A stretch of 64,000 nt of DNA from Spironucleus salmonicida (Eukaryota), in the NCBI RefSeq assembly GCF_000497125.1, contig NC_090598.1:930001-994000 (forward strand). Reading direction: 5' to 3'. This document shows, piece after piece, positions 25,901-39,618 of this stretch. Below the pieces are notes generated by a model. That model saw only the letters and a list, made by a program, of their open reading frames with translations. It did no database searches and was not told where the DNA came from. Positions within the stretch are counted from its first letter, which is position 1; every line of letters starts with the position of its first letter. Position numbers and translations under genes: made by a program.

Positions 25901-27274
25901 TCACACCAACACACTATTCTCGCATTTCCTTCCCGTTTTCTCGTTAATCCAGCCTGTAATCGACCTGTGCGCTACCAATATCACCATAAACAGCCCCGCT
26001 GCAATCAGCGTGACCAGCAGGTACCCGCCACCAAAAATTGTATACTTTTGCCCCATAGCAAAATCTGAAGTCACGATGCTCCCGGTACCGGCCAGCAGCC
26101 GCGCTGCTGCGCTCGTTTGAATAGTCCACGAAACCACATGCATAGAGCGCTAATATTTAGCGTATAACGGAGCCGCAAATGTGATCGTGGAGACGAAATC
26201 GGCCGTTTAGAACAGCAGCCCGGCAGCGTGAATAGTGACCCGTTCGTCACCCCCAAACGCTCGTTTTGCTTCCTGCAAATTATTTTTCGCATCGACGCGA
26301 ATCGTAAAGTTCACGTCAGGATTGGCGGCCACCAGCGCCTTAATAGCGTGAATTACCTCTTTAGCGTTATTTTAGTCTTTCACATCGAGCATGACCAGCG
26401 ACGCCGTCTCGTTTTCCATTTTGCAGTGGGCCCTGATGGCATCAATTCCCTGCTGCGCTGAGTTCAGTGTAAGCTCCGTAACGGCCTCGTCGACATGCTT
26501 TGTGTACTGGCGGTACGGATCTATGCGGATCCAGAGCTTTCCGACGTTGATTCGCATCAGCGTGGACAGGTCCTCGTCAGCCATTAATTTCCCCTTAAAT
26601 CTGGCGTCGCCACTATAGTGGGAAATTTCCTTATCATGCGCCAAAATAAGCTCTTTGTCCTTTGTTAAGCGGACGTCCAGTTCGACTGCGAACGGCGTGG
26701 AGGCCTTGCACGTCTTCTAGATGGTGTAAGCAGTGCCTTCAGGACCGTTCTACGGGCCTGAGCGGTGCGCAATAAAGAGGCCAGAAGATGTGCGAGCGGT
26801 GAAGGAAAATGTGTCGTAGAAGATCGAGTTTCCGTACAAAAAGAACGCGGACGCGCAAATTGCGAACCACGCGATTCTGCCAAGGCATTTTGTAGCGCTT
26901 GAAGTGCGGAACTTCGTGATGTAGTAAGCTAGAGTCGCAACGGGGGCCAAAAGTAGGGTTATAGTGAGTATTGGGTAAATATTATAGCCCTAAGCCAGGC
27001 ATTACAAAAATATTGTCACCACTGCCATGAGTGCTACCATGGTCCATTGCAAGGCTATTCTTATTGTTTAGCGTTTGAAAATCACCTAAAATGCGATTAA
27101 AAGCGCTAAGAAGAAAATGAGAACGCAGCCTGCGAACGCACAAATTGATGGGAAACTCAACTAAAACTTAAAGCGGAAATCGCAGTCTATCTACTAATGA
27201 TTGAATACGATCGTTATTATATCTAGATAGCACAGCACTCCAGCTACCCAGTAAGGGGATGAGCCTTTGTACAT
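25901..27274 (-). CDS. membrane-anchored GDPD-family phosphodiesterase, paralog 2
   Basis: IAHRSGPQNGPEGT, VELDVRLTKDKELILAHD; colinear with 7947..9326; 457 aa. Confidence 0.88.
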
Positions 27275-28387
27275 TTTTAATAGTTATATTCGTATATATC
27301 ACTAGTATGATTTAATATTCATAAATTGATTAAACCGATGAAATGCTAGGAAATACGAATAATCTATTTTAAGTAATATGATAAAACTAGAAATAAAAAA
27401 TTAAACATATAATAATGATAATAATAATAAATTTTTACAATAATATTTAAACCATTGTGTATTAAAAAATGAAAAATAAATTAGTGAATAGATATGGTAT
27501 TATCATGATTTTAGCTATAATAATTTAAATTTTAGATAAAAATCTTATTTTTAGAAATGTTTGAAAGCTAACTGACCATAATTATGTGCATTGTTCTCTT
27601 AGAATAAAAACAATATAAGAAAAATAATATTATTATAGTATTTATAGATTAGTATGATTTGTTCTCAATTTTAATGTTAAATTAAAAACATACTTATATA
27701 AAAATTTACTTATTTAGAAAGTAAATTTATCATTAAATCAAACATTATTTAGTATAGCTTAACTGTAAGCATAACCTATAGATTACAATCTTATAAATAC
27801 ATTTTATGAATAATTTGTATCTGCGGAATTGCTATGCCCTTGAAATAAGTTAATGTAGATTCTAACATCATAAAAAAGATAGTTTAATATCTGGAATTTG
27901 TCTAGTTGCTAACTACCTGTTGATTTCCTATAGTCCAATATTTCAAATATTATGAAGTAAAATTATTTAAATATTTATATAAATTACCGCTAGTTCTAGT
28001 TTTTAATATTTTAAATGTTATTATAAATTGTTAATTATTTTCGCAATATTGACATATATTTTATTCTTGAGTAATATAATTCATGGTTTATGTAAATTAA
28101 TTAGTCCTGATAAAGATATTAGAATATTAAGTTTACAGAGATTTTAATTTATAATTCTATTGATACATAATATATACATAATATTAATAAATTGTGATTC
28201 CTAAGTATTGGAATCTAGATTCTATAGTAGAACTAAAATATATTAGTATTTAACGTTATAAAATTCACATTAATTCTCATCATTTAGGTGTATAAGGTTT
28301 AATTATGTCATAATTTTATTAATATAGTCAACTAATCTGAAGTTTCTTTAGGTTATAAATTTATCAGTATTGACACTATTCTCAAAA

Positions 28388-28834
28388 ATGGACTCATAAT
28401 AGAAGCACCGATTTTCCCTCTGCATGCTGCAGTATTTCGGACCCGACGGCCGCGCCGCGATCCGGGCGGTGAAGGCGATGAGCATGACCCAGAAACGCGA
28501 CCTGTTCCACCTAGCGAGCACCGCGGCGGACTGCAGCAGCCGGCAGGCCGTGGACTACTTCCACAACACCTGGTCCCGCCAGTTCTTCCAGTCCCCGGAG
28601 CCCTTCCGCAACGAGGTGCGCGAGCTGTGGCAGGCGTTCTCTGCGGACCCCGAGTAGCGCTACGGCGAAGTGTATGAAATCATGCAGGAGCGGCATGGCG
28701 GAATCTTCCACCGACAGGCGCTGCGGCAGCTCGTGCTCAGGGAGTACGGCCGGCCGCCCAAGTTCACGCAGACCGACCTCGACGCCCTTTGCTGCTTACT
28801 AGCTATTGATAGGGACCCAACTGATTGCATTTGA
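28388..28834 (+). CDS. diplomonad-type small Myb/SANT-like hypothetical protein, copy 2
   Basis: 148 aa, near-identical to 10306..10752. Confidence 0.75.
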
Positions 28835-29373
28835 GTTATAAAATTGGTTGTAAATTTACTTTGATTTTAAATAATGAATAATTGGATATATTTAATAGTA
28901 TTTTGATGTTAATTTATTTTTAGATATTTTTTAAATACTAAATTAGAAATATTAACGATAAGATTAATAAATTTCAGTAATTCACTTATTAATTTACGAA
29001 GTTAAAACATGTAAGATAAACTGTATTAGTAAGTGATAACTATATGGGTAGTATAAAATATTTTTGATTTTTATATATTATATTAATTATTACAACTCCC
29101 ATGTTCTTTATATTTGATTATAAATTAAATGTATAGTTGTATACTTAATAAAAAGAGAGTATAAGATATATATGTAAATCTTTTATAAATTATGCGCCAC
29201 TATTTGTATTATTATTTTATCTACTATTACATCTGCAATAATTTTTCCAAAAATAACTAAACTGATTTAAGAATTAACTATAAACTATCTACTACTATTT
29301 TTAAGAATATATATACCAGTATCAATAACTAAATTAAATTGCCAAATACCAAAAATCTAAATAAATTTAGAAA

Positions 29374-30387
29374 TCATTCTGAAGTTTTTCCGAGCAATGC
29401 CGCGCCAAGTATACCTGCATCATTGCCTAAGGAAGCCTTGATTATCTTGGTATTATTTTTACTGAACTTAGTAAAAACCTATTCGGCAACTAAGGCTTTA
29501 ACCTCGTTAATAAGCCAGTCACCTTGGGCGGAAATTCCACCACCGATAGACAATAAATCAGGTTAGAAGACGTTGATTATATCAGTAACTCCGCAAGCAA
29601 GGTACCTGATGAATTGCTCAGTAACTTTTTTACCAGCTTCATCCCCCTTTTCCCTAGCATCGAAGCAAGTCTGTCCGGTAACTTTCTCGATATCATTTTC
29701 GACCAGGTCCCACATCAAAGAGTCCTTATTTTCGTTCATAATTTCTTTTGTGAGGCTAATTATCCCAGTTGCGCTAGCATATGCCTCCAAACACCCCTTT
29801 CTGCCGCAGGTGCACTATCTGCCATCAAGTATTATGACTTTGTGACCTAATTCTGCGCCAGCAGAGTTGAACCCAGTGAATATTTTGTTATTTATGATGA
29901 TTCCACCACCAACACCTGTACCAAGCGTCATCATTACGAATATCTTGGACCCCTTAGCCGATCCTTCCAAATATTCGCCGTAGGCGGCCGCATTAGCATC
30001 ATTGTCCATGAAAATAGGCTTGTTCAGGTCCTTTTTAAGTTCTGGGCCCAGCGGTACATCGAACCAATTGATGTTGTTGCTGTACTCTACCACTCCATCG
30101 ACGCCGTTAATAGTTCCTGGGGCCCCAATTCCGACCCAGGCGACGTCTTTTTCGAAGTCCAAATTGGCCATTTTGGTGACTGTTCTGATGAGCTCTGCCA
30201 TGTCTGCAATTATGAGCTTCGGCTGGCGCTGGGAGAGCGTTTTCACGGAGTGAGTTTTTATGATTTCGTGTCTGTGGTTAACGACGCCAGCACTAATGTT
30301 TGTACCTCCAAAGTCGACCCCTATGTAGTATTTTGGGGATTATGAGCTTGGAAGTTTGACATTTTCAGCACTAGCTGAGCAACCCAT
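29374..30387 (-). CDS. ROK-family sugar kinase (glucokinase-like)
   Basis: IGVDFGGTN, GIGAPG, DNDANAAAYGE, TLGTGVGGG, AELGH, CTCGRKGCLEAYAS, LGNDAGILGAA; N-terminal MGCSAS. Confidence 0.95.
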
Positions 30388-30779
30388 TTTTAAATTTTTG
30401 CGATGATCACAATAAGTGCTTATAATTGAATAAAAATCATTATGAAAAAATAAAATAAATGTAAAATAAATATTAATATATAACTATAAAAATCAAGGGA
30501 TATGAATTTTTATAGTCGAAATTAAAAATATTTTAATAGTATATATAAAATCAATATATATGATAATTATGGTATAAGTAATATTAAATAGAATAATTTA
30601 GTTTTTTAGTTTCAACAAAATAGTAATAATATCACTTTATACCTGTCCTTATTTTTAAGAACAACAATTGCTTATAATCAATAGATTCTTTAATAATATC
30701 TAAGTTCCCTACTTCTTTTTAATATTGTGATTCCCTTTATTATATAATTGTATATAAAATAGCATATTTTATTTTTATA

Positions 30780-30992
30780 ATGGGACATTGCTACTAACAC
30801 ATCGAGACGCAAAAAAGTGACCAATTACATTACCCTACTAACAACTTGATAATCCCCATCTCAGTAGAGAGTATAAATGTATCTTTTGAGGTTTCAACAA
30901 ACGAGAATACACCAGAACTGGAAGATAACCAAAGAGAGTCAGTACTTCACATAACACTCCAATAATAAGTTTTGAAATATGAATTAAAGTGA
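30780..30992 (+). CDS. small MGxC protein, 70 aa
   Basis: MGHCYQHIET...; ends AAG TGA. Confidence 0.6.
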
Positions 30993-31017
30993 TTTACTAT
31001 GCATACTATCAATATGT

Positions 31018-31446
31018 TCAAGGCTTGGCCTCTTCACTGTTTTCCATTCCTTAATCACCAAATACCTCTCCCATGGTGTTTAAAACTTGCCTAAAGTGGT
31101 CCTAGTCGATTTCCAGGTCAAATTTTTAGATTAAAACAGGTCGTTCTTAGTGGTCCATTAGCGGCGCGAGCTTAAAATTAGAGTGAAACTTAACGAATTC
31201 GGACTTTTAATAGTATAGCTGCTTGAGCTTTTGATGCGAGTTAGCCTATTATGATCGTAGGTAGTGGTCATTCATAGGCTTATATTCAATTTCGAGGTGT
31301 TACAGGTTGTTTCTCGAACCGTAAAAGCGAGTGCTTTACCGCTGTTAGGCCTTACTAAATTCTACCAACTTATTAGCCTTAATTTGCACTGGATCTGCCT
31401 AACTAGTTATCCTGATACGAGCAAAGTTGCATTCAAAAGTACTCAT
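31018..31446 (-). CDS. hypothetical protein, 142 aa
   Basis: Code-6 ORF MSTFECNFARI...EAKP*. Confidence 0.65.
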
Positions 31447-31620
31447 GCGCAAATAAGATTATATATTATTATCCTATTATAATGCAGATATTATATTTTA
31501 TTGAATATAAAATTATTATAATTATTATACATTAATACCATATTTATAAAAATTTGAACTACAACGTACCACCCACACATTATTTTGCGCCATTCTACCT
31601 CCACCCCCTAGCAAAACAAA

Positions 31621-34470
31621 TCAATTCAGCGAGAACAGCCCCCCACACTATCCCCTTCCATTTTCCACTCCCTCCCCTTCCATTCTTGAACTTTCCTCCT
31701 CCCCTCCAAAACAGTCCCTCTCCACCTCCTCGCAAAACCTGCACCAGCGCATTTCCTCCCCTTCCAATTCCGCTCCAAATCCCACTCCCAAACTGATATA
31801 AACGCACAAAACGCGCTCATTTTCCGTGAAATTAAGCTGCTGCCGCACCAAAAAGCACTATTCGAGCGGGATCAGCATGCCCGAGAACACGTCTCGCGGC
31901 TCGAAAACGGCGCCCTCGGGAACGAAAATCGGACCGATTTTCGAGCTCCGCAGCCGCCCCGGCAGGCAGACGTGCTGCCGGATTCGCGTGATCCGGCAGG
32001 CCTCCACGGCGCTGTGCGCGCAGAAGACGTTGAAGACGACGTGGTCGCCGGCGCGCAGCAGCCCCGCCGCCAGCAGCGCCCGCGGCATGAAAACGAGCTC
32101 GGATTTCTGCTGTTTGAACGTTTCGTGGAACGCTTTCTCCGGGCGAATTCCGGAGCATTTCCTGGCCTCTAGCGTGCTGAAAACGCCCGAAAACGTCAGG
32201 CTCTGCAGGCTCACGTTCTCGACGGCCCATATCGACAGTTTCGGGGACTGCGTCGGGACCGTCTCCTGCATGTCGATAACCTTGTGCAGCGCCTGCGCTT
32301 TTAGCGTGAAAAAGACGCGCGCGCCCTACTATAGCAGATTCTCGCAGTTCGGGAGGCGGAAAAAGCACAAATCGACTACCGTGTCCAGCTGCCGGTCTGG
32401 CGCGATGAAGCCGCAGGTCGTGCCGTAGCTGGCCGGAATTTGCGTGTTTTGGGGCCGAAAACTCCTGTTCAGGAGCTGCTCGTTTACGTTCGAAAAGCAC
32501 TGCACGATCTCGCCGCTGAGCCAATCGCTCACCGGCGGGCCCCGCAGGACCTCCACGAGCTCGCAGGAGCTCGGGTGCAGCCGGTTTCGCACCTGCGTCA
32601 GGCGCACCAGGTGCCCGAGAATGTTCTCGCGGCTCTTGAAGAAAAAGTGCCTTTCGAAGCCCGTGGCGAGGCGCACGAAGCCGAACGAGCTCGCCTGGTC
32701 CTTTTTGGGGTCGATTTCCTGCCAGTAAACGACGGCGCTGACCGCCTGCTGCCCGGCCTGCGGGTCCTCCGAAAACGCGCTAAACACCAGATCGCTCGCG
32801 ACGTTGAAGGCGCCGTTCGCCGTAACGGTAAACTGCGCGTTCTGGCGGGTGCGCAGCGGTCCGAACTGGTTCGTCGCAATCGCCGTTTCCGCGATTTCGC
32901 CCGTCTGGAACGACACGAGGAGCACGCCGAAGGACGGGAAATGGAGGCGCACGAATCCGCAGGCCTGGCGCGGAGATGATCGGTGAATCGCTTCAGGGCG
33001 CGGCAAAGCGAGCAGATGGCGCCACTGGCTCGATGCGGGACTCAGGAGCTCCGTTTTCTGCGGCGCCGAGAACGGGAGCTGCTGCGAGAAGCCGAAGTCC
33101 AAATTCGGCGAAAACGGCTGCTCTGCTTGCGGGAAAAACCGTAATTCCGGAATAATACTCGTTGGATCACTTGTCGTTATATCAGTTGAGACGATTTTTA
33201 TTATATCAAGATCCATAACCAACTTGAAATTTTCAGTTACGTCCAGCTCTTCTGTGAGGCAAATTTCGAAGACGTCGCCGTGCAGGAGGCTCACGTGCGC
33301 GCATTTTTCGTATTTCTGAAGGAAGAGGTCGAAGCTGAGGACGTGAAAAACGCCGTCCAGCGGGTCGATTAGCACATTTCCGTTCACAAAAACCGCAGAA
33401 ACCGTCAGATTTACCGATTTCGTACTCGCGCGAATCGCCGTGAACCACAAATTTTGGTCCAAAATACTCAGAAGAAACTGGCCCGATTAGCAGTTTTCCT
33501 CGATAAGAACATTCTAATCGGGCTCGAAATTACTCGAAAGCTTAACCGCAGAAAATGCTTATCGCTGCAAATTTTCAGCTAATTTGACCACTTTTCCACT
33601 TAAATTAGGAGCGGAAAACAAATTTGTTGACTCAACATTTGCAACTTGGCTGTTTAGTACATTCCCTCCAAACACGAACGGCAGCATCGCGAAAAGTTGC
33701 CCCTTTTGCGCGACCAGAAAGACGCTCGAAATCGCGCTGGCAGCCAGGAACGCGCTCAGGCCCAGCGACGTTTTGAGCGTGAAGAAGCTCCCCTGCTGTG
33801 CCAGCAGCAGCTCCGCGCAGCGCGCCGTTTCGCGCCGCGCCAGAACGACCGCCTCTGGCCCTCCCTAAAACGCAGAAACTATCGCCGCAGGGACGTCCGT
33901 TTCGAACATTTCGCGGACGTCCGTTTTCTGCGGCGCGCCGAACGGCCCCCTCCGCGCGGGCTGCGGCTCGCAGAAAATGAGGTGGAAAACGCCTCCCGCG
34001 AAGGCACCGCTTCCCGCCGGCGCCGCGTGGAAGAGCCCGTTGGTCTCGAACACGGCCGTCCCGAGCGCAAAATGCCGGAAATGCGCCCACGCCTGAAAGC
34101 GGTAATTAGCGACCTCCGCAGCGCGCGCTGCGCAGGCCAGAATTTGCAAGTCAGCGTTGAAAAATTGGAAGATTTCGACGTTCAGTGCCAGGAAACTCGT
34201 TAAATTCAGCCCCTCGCAGGCCGCGAACAGGCTCGTGAAGTTGTGGTGGGCGGCTGGGGAAATGTGGGCGAACTGCAGAACGGACGTTTTGAACGCTTCG
34301 AACGAGACGTCTGTGCAGATCGGCGAAATTCCGAGGTAATTCCTTAACTTCACGTTAAATGCGCTGATGTCGAGCAGCTAAAAATGCTCGATTGACGGCG
34401 GGAAAATGTGCGAGATATCGCGCTGGAAATGCTCGTAGATCAGGTAATTAAGCGAGACCAAATCCGTCAT
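31621..34470 (-). CDS. large hypothetical protein, 949 aa
   Basis: Code 6 joins track ORFs 33865..34353, 32329..33462, 31858..32271 and 31648..31851 in one frame; CCACTCC immediately upstream of the ATG. Confidence 0.8.
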
Positions 34471-34533
34471 TTTTGGAGTGGAGAATATTATAATTGCTAG
34501 GTATTGTATAATAATAGTTAAATGTAGATTTAC

Positions 34534-34980
34534 TCACTACAAAAAATACGAAAACACACCGTCGTGATATTAGAGTGATTACTCTTCGTCATCGTTCAAT
34601 TTTTAGACTCGTTGAAATTTCTTAATGGAGTTATTAAGGAATATAGTGAAGGTATTTCTGTGGTACTGTTAAGACAGCATTGATTGAATTTGGAGCTATC
34701 GCTACTTATTGGGAGCTTAATTGTTAGATAGGAAACATACAAGCTCTCGCTGGATGATAGATTTGTCTTCTTCAGTCAGTCGAGGAAATAATTTTCTTCT
34801 ATGCGTATCGTTATACCAGCGATAAATTTTATTCCTTTGCATATTCATCGTTTCGGCTATTAAAATCCAGTTTCCTATTGATTTTATATCAGCATCTAGA
34901 ATAAATAGGTCTGCATAATCTTCAAACTTTTTATTAAGAATTGTAGACACGGCTACTTTAAGATTTTCAAGGTTGTCCAT
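34534..34980 (-). CDS. diplomonad-type small Myb/SANT-like hypothetical protein
   Basis: NWILIAETMNMQRNKIYRWYNDTHRRKL...YHR; 148 aa, same length and layout as the 10306 family; ends TAG TGA. Confidence 0.7.
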
Positions 34981-35286
34981 TTTTTATTTGATATTTACTT
35001 GTAATCATAATTATAACTATCTTTATATTATTTAAATTGAAACTGTATTTACTTAAACTGAAATTTATAATTTATATTATAATTTTCAACTATAAACAAA
35101 TGATAAAAAAGTATCAAATTAAATATAATAAAATTATAAGATAATTATGGTTTGTTGTTTAACTATCTTCATTAAATACTTAAATTTAATATGTAATTGC
35201 CCATAATAGATTAATCTTTATTTAAAATAGGAATAACTAAAAATAAAAATATGACTATTATTATTTTTAAATACGTAGAAAATACC

Positions 35287-35889
35287 TCAGACCAACATCA
35301 AATCTTGAGCTAAAATTCCTACGGCAAAGCACCATAAGTTTTTATAGCCAAATAACTGCATTATTACACTAATTAAATGTATAAATGCTCCTGTAACTTC
35401 TTAAAGACCAACATAACCAGCAAAATAGGTCTCAATAACACAGGCTACATTAAAAGAACCACATACGAAAAATATTTAAACAAAAAGGTTACTATCAAGA
35501 CCAAAGTTAAACGATAAAGGTATAGCCATGGCTAGAACCAAAAAACTAAGCTTTCTATTGAAATAATTAAAACCGCATCCAACTCCGGTGTTAAGGAAAT
35601 AAAAAGTCAGCTAGCAGACTAAAGCGACGATAAATGCAATATTGAATCCAAATGAAAGGAAAACTTCGGTAAACAAAATAGCAGCTCCGGGTATCGCGTA
35701 TGGTTCAGTGGTATTAACAGTAGTAAGGCACTGGGTAATAATACGGGTAGGAATTGTCATTACTGGGAATGGGTTGAAGAATTGGAAAATAAGTAGTGAA
35801 TATTTTGCTAGTAAAAGCAAATTTGAGATTAGTCTAGTATTGGTGCCTTTTGGGGGCTAAGCTTTCAATGCATTTGGCAGTGCAGTCAT
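35287..35889 (-). CDS. hypothetical multi-pass membrane protein, 200 aa
   Basis: Code-6 ORF MTALPNALKAQPP...; highly hydrophobic. Confidence 0.65.
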
Positions 35890-36149
35890 ATTAGATAATA
35901 TAGGAGCGTAAAAATAATATTCAAATATTTCTAATACTATACTATAATAATATAGTATAAAATTACGAATTGATATCTCGAGATTACTCGCACTTATTTA
36001 GTTTAGTTAGTTCAGTTTATTAAGATGTGTTTACGGCTATAAAGTTTCCAATATATCATTTAAGTAAAGACTTTAACAACTAATTTTTACGTAAAAATGT
36101 GCAATATTTATATATATAATTATAATTACTATAAATCTGTCGTACACAA

Positions 36150-36698
36150 ATGGACGATGCTATGTCTTTCAGATTTATGTCATTTAGCTTTCTAGATGAA
36201 GAGCCAGTTACTTGTTTTGATTTAAGTTAATATAAAATACCACCACTGCCTCAGTTTCCGTATGATCACGAGTTGCCAAAAACGTTTTCAATTAATAGAG
36301 TATTTTTAGATTGCGAATCAGTTGATTTTAAACTACAGAGGAAAGAAATATGGCCATGGTGTCCAGTATCTGACTAAATATTGCTTACGCTTGTCTAAGA
36401 ATTTGGATCTCAAAAATGGAGACTAATCAGTTAAATTATTAATAATTAGTGCAAAACTGGAGCAAATTGGACGCCGAAACAATGTAATTAAAGATATCAT
36501 AGAGTAATTAAGTAAGATTTTGTCAAAGGTAGATGGACAAAGGATTAAGATGATAAATTATATTTCCTATTAAATGAATTTCCAAATCCAAACGAATTCA
36601 CCAAAGTAGTGGAAAGATTTGTAGAAAGATCTGATAACTAAATACGGTATAGGATCAAAAAGTTATATCCTCATTATTTTAAAGGCTTATGGAAGTGA
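36150..36698 (+). CDS. two-repeat Myb-like DNA-binding protein
   Basis: WCPVSDQILLTLVQEFGSQKWRLIS...TPKQCNQRY...KGRWTKDQDDKL...RSDNQIRYR; ends AAG TGA. Confidence 0.88.
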
Positions 36699-36708
36699 AT
36701 TTAGTTTA

Positions 36709-36990
36709 TCATTCACTGGGTTCGTTTTAATGCTTACTACTACTGGTTTCTTCGTATGATATTTGTAGCAGTTTTTGTGTTTATGCTCTTATCTACATTT
36801 CTTTCATGATAGCTATTCTTTCATCACTCTAATTTTCATTTCGTGTTGTGAAAGTGATATTATTATCCACATTCATAGAATCTATATTAATAATAAACAA
36901 TTTTGACTATTATTTTTCAGGTAGTTGGGAGTTAATTTATTCTGAAATTATACATTGCTTAGACTCTTAAGTCGTTATGCAATTGCCCAT
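36709..36990 (-). CDS. small MGxC protein, 93 aa
   Basis: MGNCITTQESKQC...NEPSE*. Confidence 0.6.
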
Positions 36991-37121
36991 TTTCTGACTT
37001 AAAAAAATATAAAGATAATAATAAAAATTATAGATATATTACTGAAAAATAAATTTCTATATATTCTCTCCAGGACAAAACTAAAGAGATTTAATTACAT
37101 TTATATAGTGTTATCATGAAC

Positions 37122-37559
37122 TCAGTCTCTTTGCTTCCGAATTATAGAGTTTCGCTGGAGCTGCTAGACCAATTCAAATACACTAGTCTAATCTTCGTCA
37201 TAACTATTACGCTACTATATAATTTTTCTAGATGTTAAAGGAACCGGTGTAGGTCGTTATGCACATACCTAAAATACGTCTTCTTTTGAGTTGCTACTCT
37301 CATCACCATCTTCTGCTCTACGAACTATAGTAGCTAATCGTGATGTAGCTACAATTTATCTTGGTGTATTAACTTAATCAGACTACTCTTACAGTGACAA
37401 GCTCTAAATACATTTCGAAAGGTTGGATAAATCTATAAGATCCATATCAGAAATAGCGTCAGATATCGACGAATATTTTTCGTTCGCCTAGGCTTCAGAT
37501 TTAAGTGAACAACTAGAAGTAAGTTTTGACCCTAGAGGCCGTAATGGTCTTCCTTTCAT
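37122..37559 (-). CDS. hypothetical protein, 145 aa
   Basis: Code-6 ORF MKGRPLRPLGS...KQRD*. Confidence 0.65.
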
Positions 37560-37669
37560 AACAAACAAAGTATATATAAATGTATAATATCATATAAATT
37601 TGTTGTCGCTAAAATAAATTATAATATAATAAAAGTCTTTTTATTAATTTTACTTGGAATAAGGTTAGA

Positions 37670-37843
37670 ATTGGAAATTGCGTTTCAGAAGAAAAATTAT
37701 TAATTAAAACTAAGCCAGATAAGTAGGATTTTGTTGTACAACCGCTATCTATGTCGACAATTAACACAAACTGCATTCTGACACCAAAAAATGTTGAACT
37801 GACGCATGAGGAGAAGATTTTTTTCGGGGTCAATCATTAATGA
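37670..37843 (+). pseudogene. MGxC-family member beginning with ATT (pseudogene or non-AUG start)
   Basis: ATT GGA AAT TGC GTT TCA = (I)GNCVS...LSMSTINTNCILTP..., resembles 39796..40017. Confidence 0.35.
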
Positions 37844-37909
37844 ATATAATTATTATATTAAAATTATATTAATAATATATTTTGAGTATAACCTAAATAT
37901 AGTATAATT

Positions 37910-38212
37910 TCACTTATTTTATGAATACTATCTAGTGACAGCTAATAAAGTCTCTTTCTTTATTTCCTACAGTCTCTGATGAGATCTGCTCGGCTGGTGT
38001 GTTAATTAACTAAATAAAATAGGTTAAAATGCATTTTTTGATTATACATATTTAGAAGGAGATTTTAGTAGTTTCGGTAGTTAGTTTGTATTTAAATCTA
38101 TTAATATTTGTCGTGGTCTAAGCTAAGATTTTGGCATAAATGGTCTATTAATTTGTTCCATGAATTCTATTTTGTTTTCTATTTTTCCTCGAATTATTAC
38201 ATTTTCATTCAT
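37910..38212 (-). CDS. hypothetical protein, 100 aa
   Basis: Code-6 ORF MNENVIIRGK...; ends AAG TGA. Confidence 0.5.
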
Positions 38213-38391
38213 TCGAATATAGTAATTAATTTATTATAATAAATTCCCATCTCTTATTTACATTGGAAATGTTATTCTGCTGTAAAAAAGCTATAAAAAT
38301 AAACAGATTGGATACAGAGTAAAAACGTGAAATTGTACGTCCAGATAATTAAGAGTCTGATTCAGACCTCAATCTTTCGTGACATATTCGC

Positions 38392-38802
38392 TCACTCAAT
38401 TTTTCCCTTTATCATGAAAACAATATCTCGCATGTGTTCATTGATATCTTTATCAAACGAGACATCACTGTTTATTTATTTAGTCAATTCTTCAATTTTT
38501 GGACCAAAAAGTTTAGATATTTCAACTGTAACAGAACGCAAGAAACTCATTATTATAGTATCATCATAGGAATCAGAATATAATAGCACGGCTACTATAG
38601 TATTTGAAACATGGGTAGCCATTGCTACTTTTGAACCAAAAATAGCTTTTTTGAATGGATTTTATGTTACAGTCATCGAGAAACGAATCAGCGTCAGGGA
38701 CTGCTTGAAAAGTTATTCTTAAGATATTGCTACAGTATCGTTAAAAGAAAAATCTGATAGTATCGTTGATGAATTTGCTTCGTATATTTATAGTCTGTAC
38801 AT
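38392..38802 (-). CDS. hypothetical protein, 136 aa, possibly longin-like
   Basis: MYRLQIYEANSSTIL...; ends GAG TGA; fold guess from secondary-structure pattern only. Confidence 0.65.
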
Positions 38803-38898
38803 TTATTTTAATTGAAAAGGAAAGAAATTTACGTAATTATTATATGTAATTATATTTAAATTTGATCATTCCTTTTTTGCGCATTCCGCAAGAATAAA

Positions 38899-39618
38899 AT
38901 GACCTAGATTTCCTACGAATCAAAGGTTGCCAAGCGCATGAACACAATTGAGGACTTTCAACAGCAAAAATCTGAGACAGTTTACGCCATCAAGAATGCA
39001 AACCGTGTTGGTCCAGTCTCAGCGAACTCTGTCAAGTAGCGCATTCTCCCTGCTACAGATTTTAGGCGTTTCTACGATAGAGGCGATTTACCAGTCGCCG
39101 TCGAGCACACTTCTGCTGGAAATAAGATCCTCTGGAAAGCAGAAATCGACAAACTCGATTTCCATCATTATTTACCAATTTTCTTCGAAGGTCTGAGGGA
39201 GAAGAAGCATCCTTACGCATTTTTAGCCAGAGAAGGTGTGCAAAATCTCTTAGATCATGGTAGAGAAAGAGTTTTGCCAGTTATTCCCCAGTTAATCTTG
39301 CCTCTACATTAGGCTCTTGAAACCAGAGATCCTGAGGTTATATGCGTTGTTTTGAATACTATTTAATTTTTAGTCGTTTCTAACGAATATGCAGGCCCTG
39401 CATTAGTGCCTTATTACAGGCAACTTTTACCTGTATTGAACATTTTTTATAGTAAAAATATTAATTCCGGCGATTAAATTTATTATGCCTAGAGGAAAAG
39501 AATCAATCTAGGTGATCTTATCTAGGAAACATTGGAACTATTAGAAAGAAAAGGGGGTCCTGATGCATTTTTGAACATCAAATATATGATACCAGTCTAT
39601 CAGAGCTGTGTATTATGA
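38899..39618 (+). CDS. PACRG: Parkin co-regulated gene protein (axonemal)
   Basis: [65 protein letters not shown]. Confidence 0.97.
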
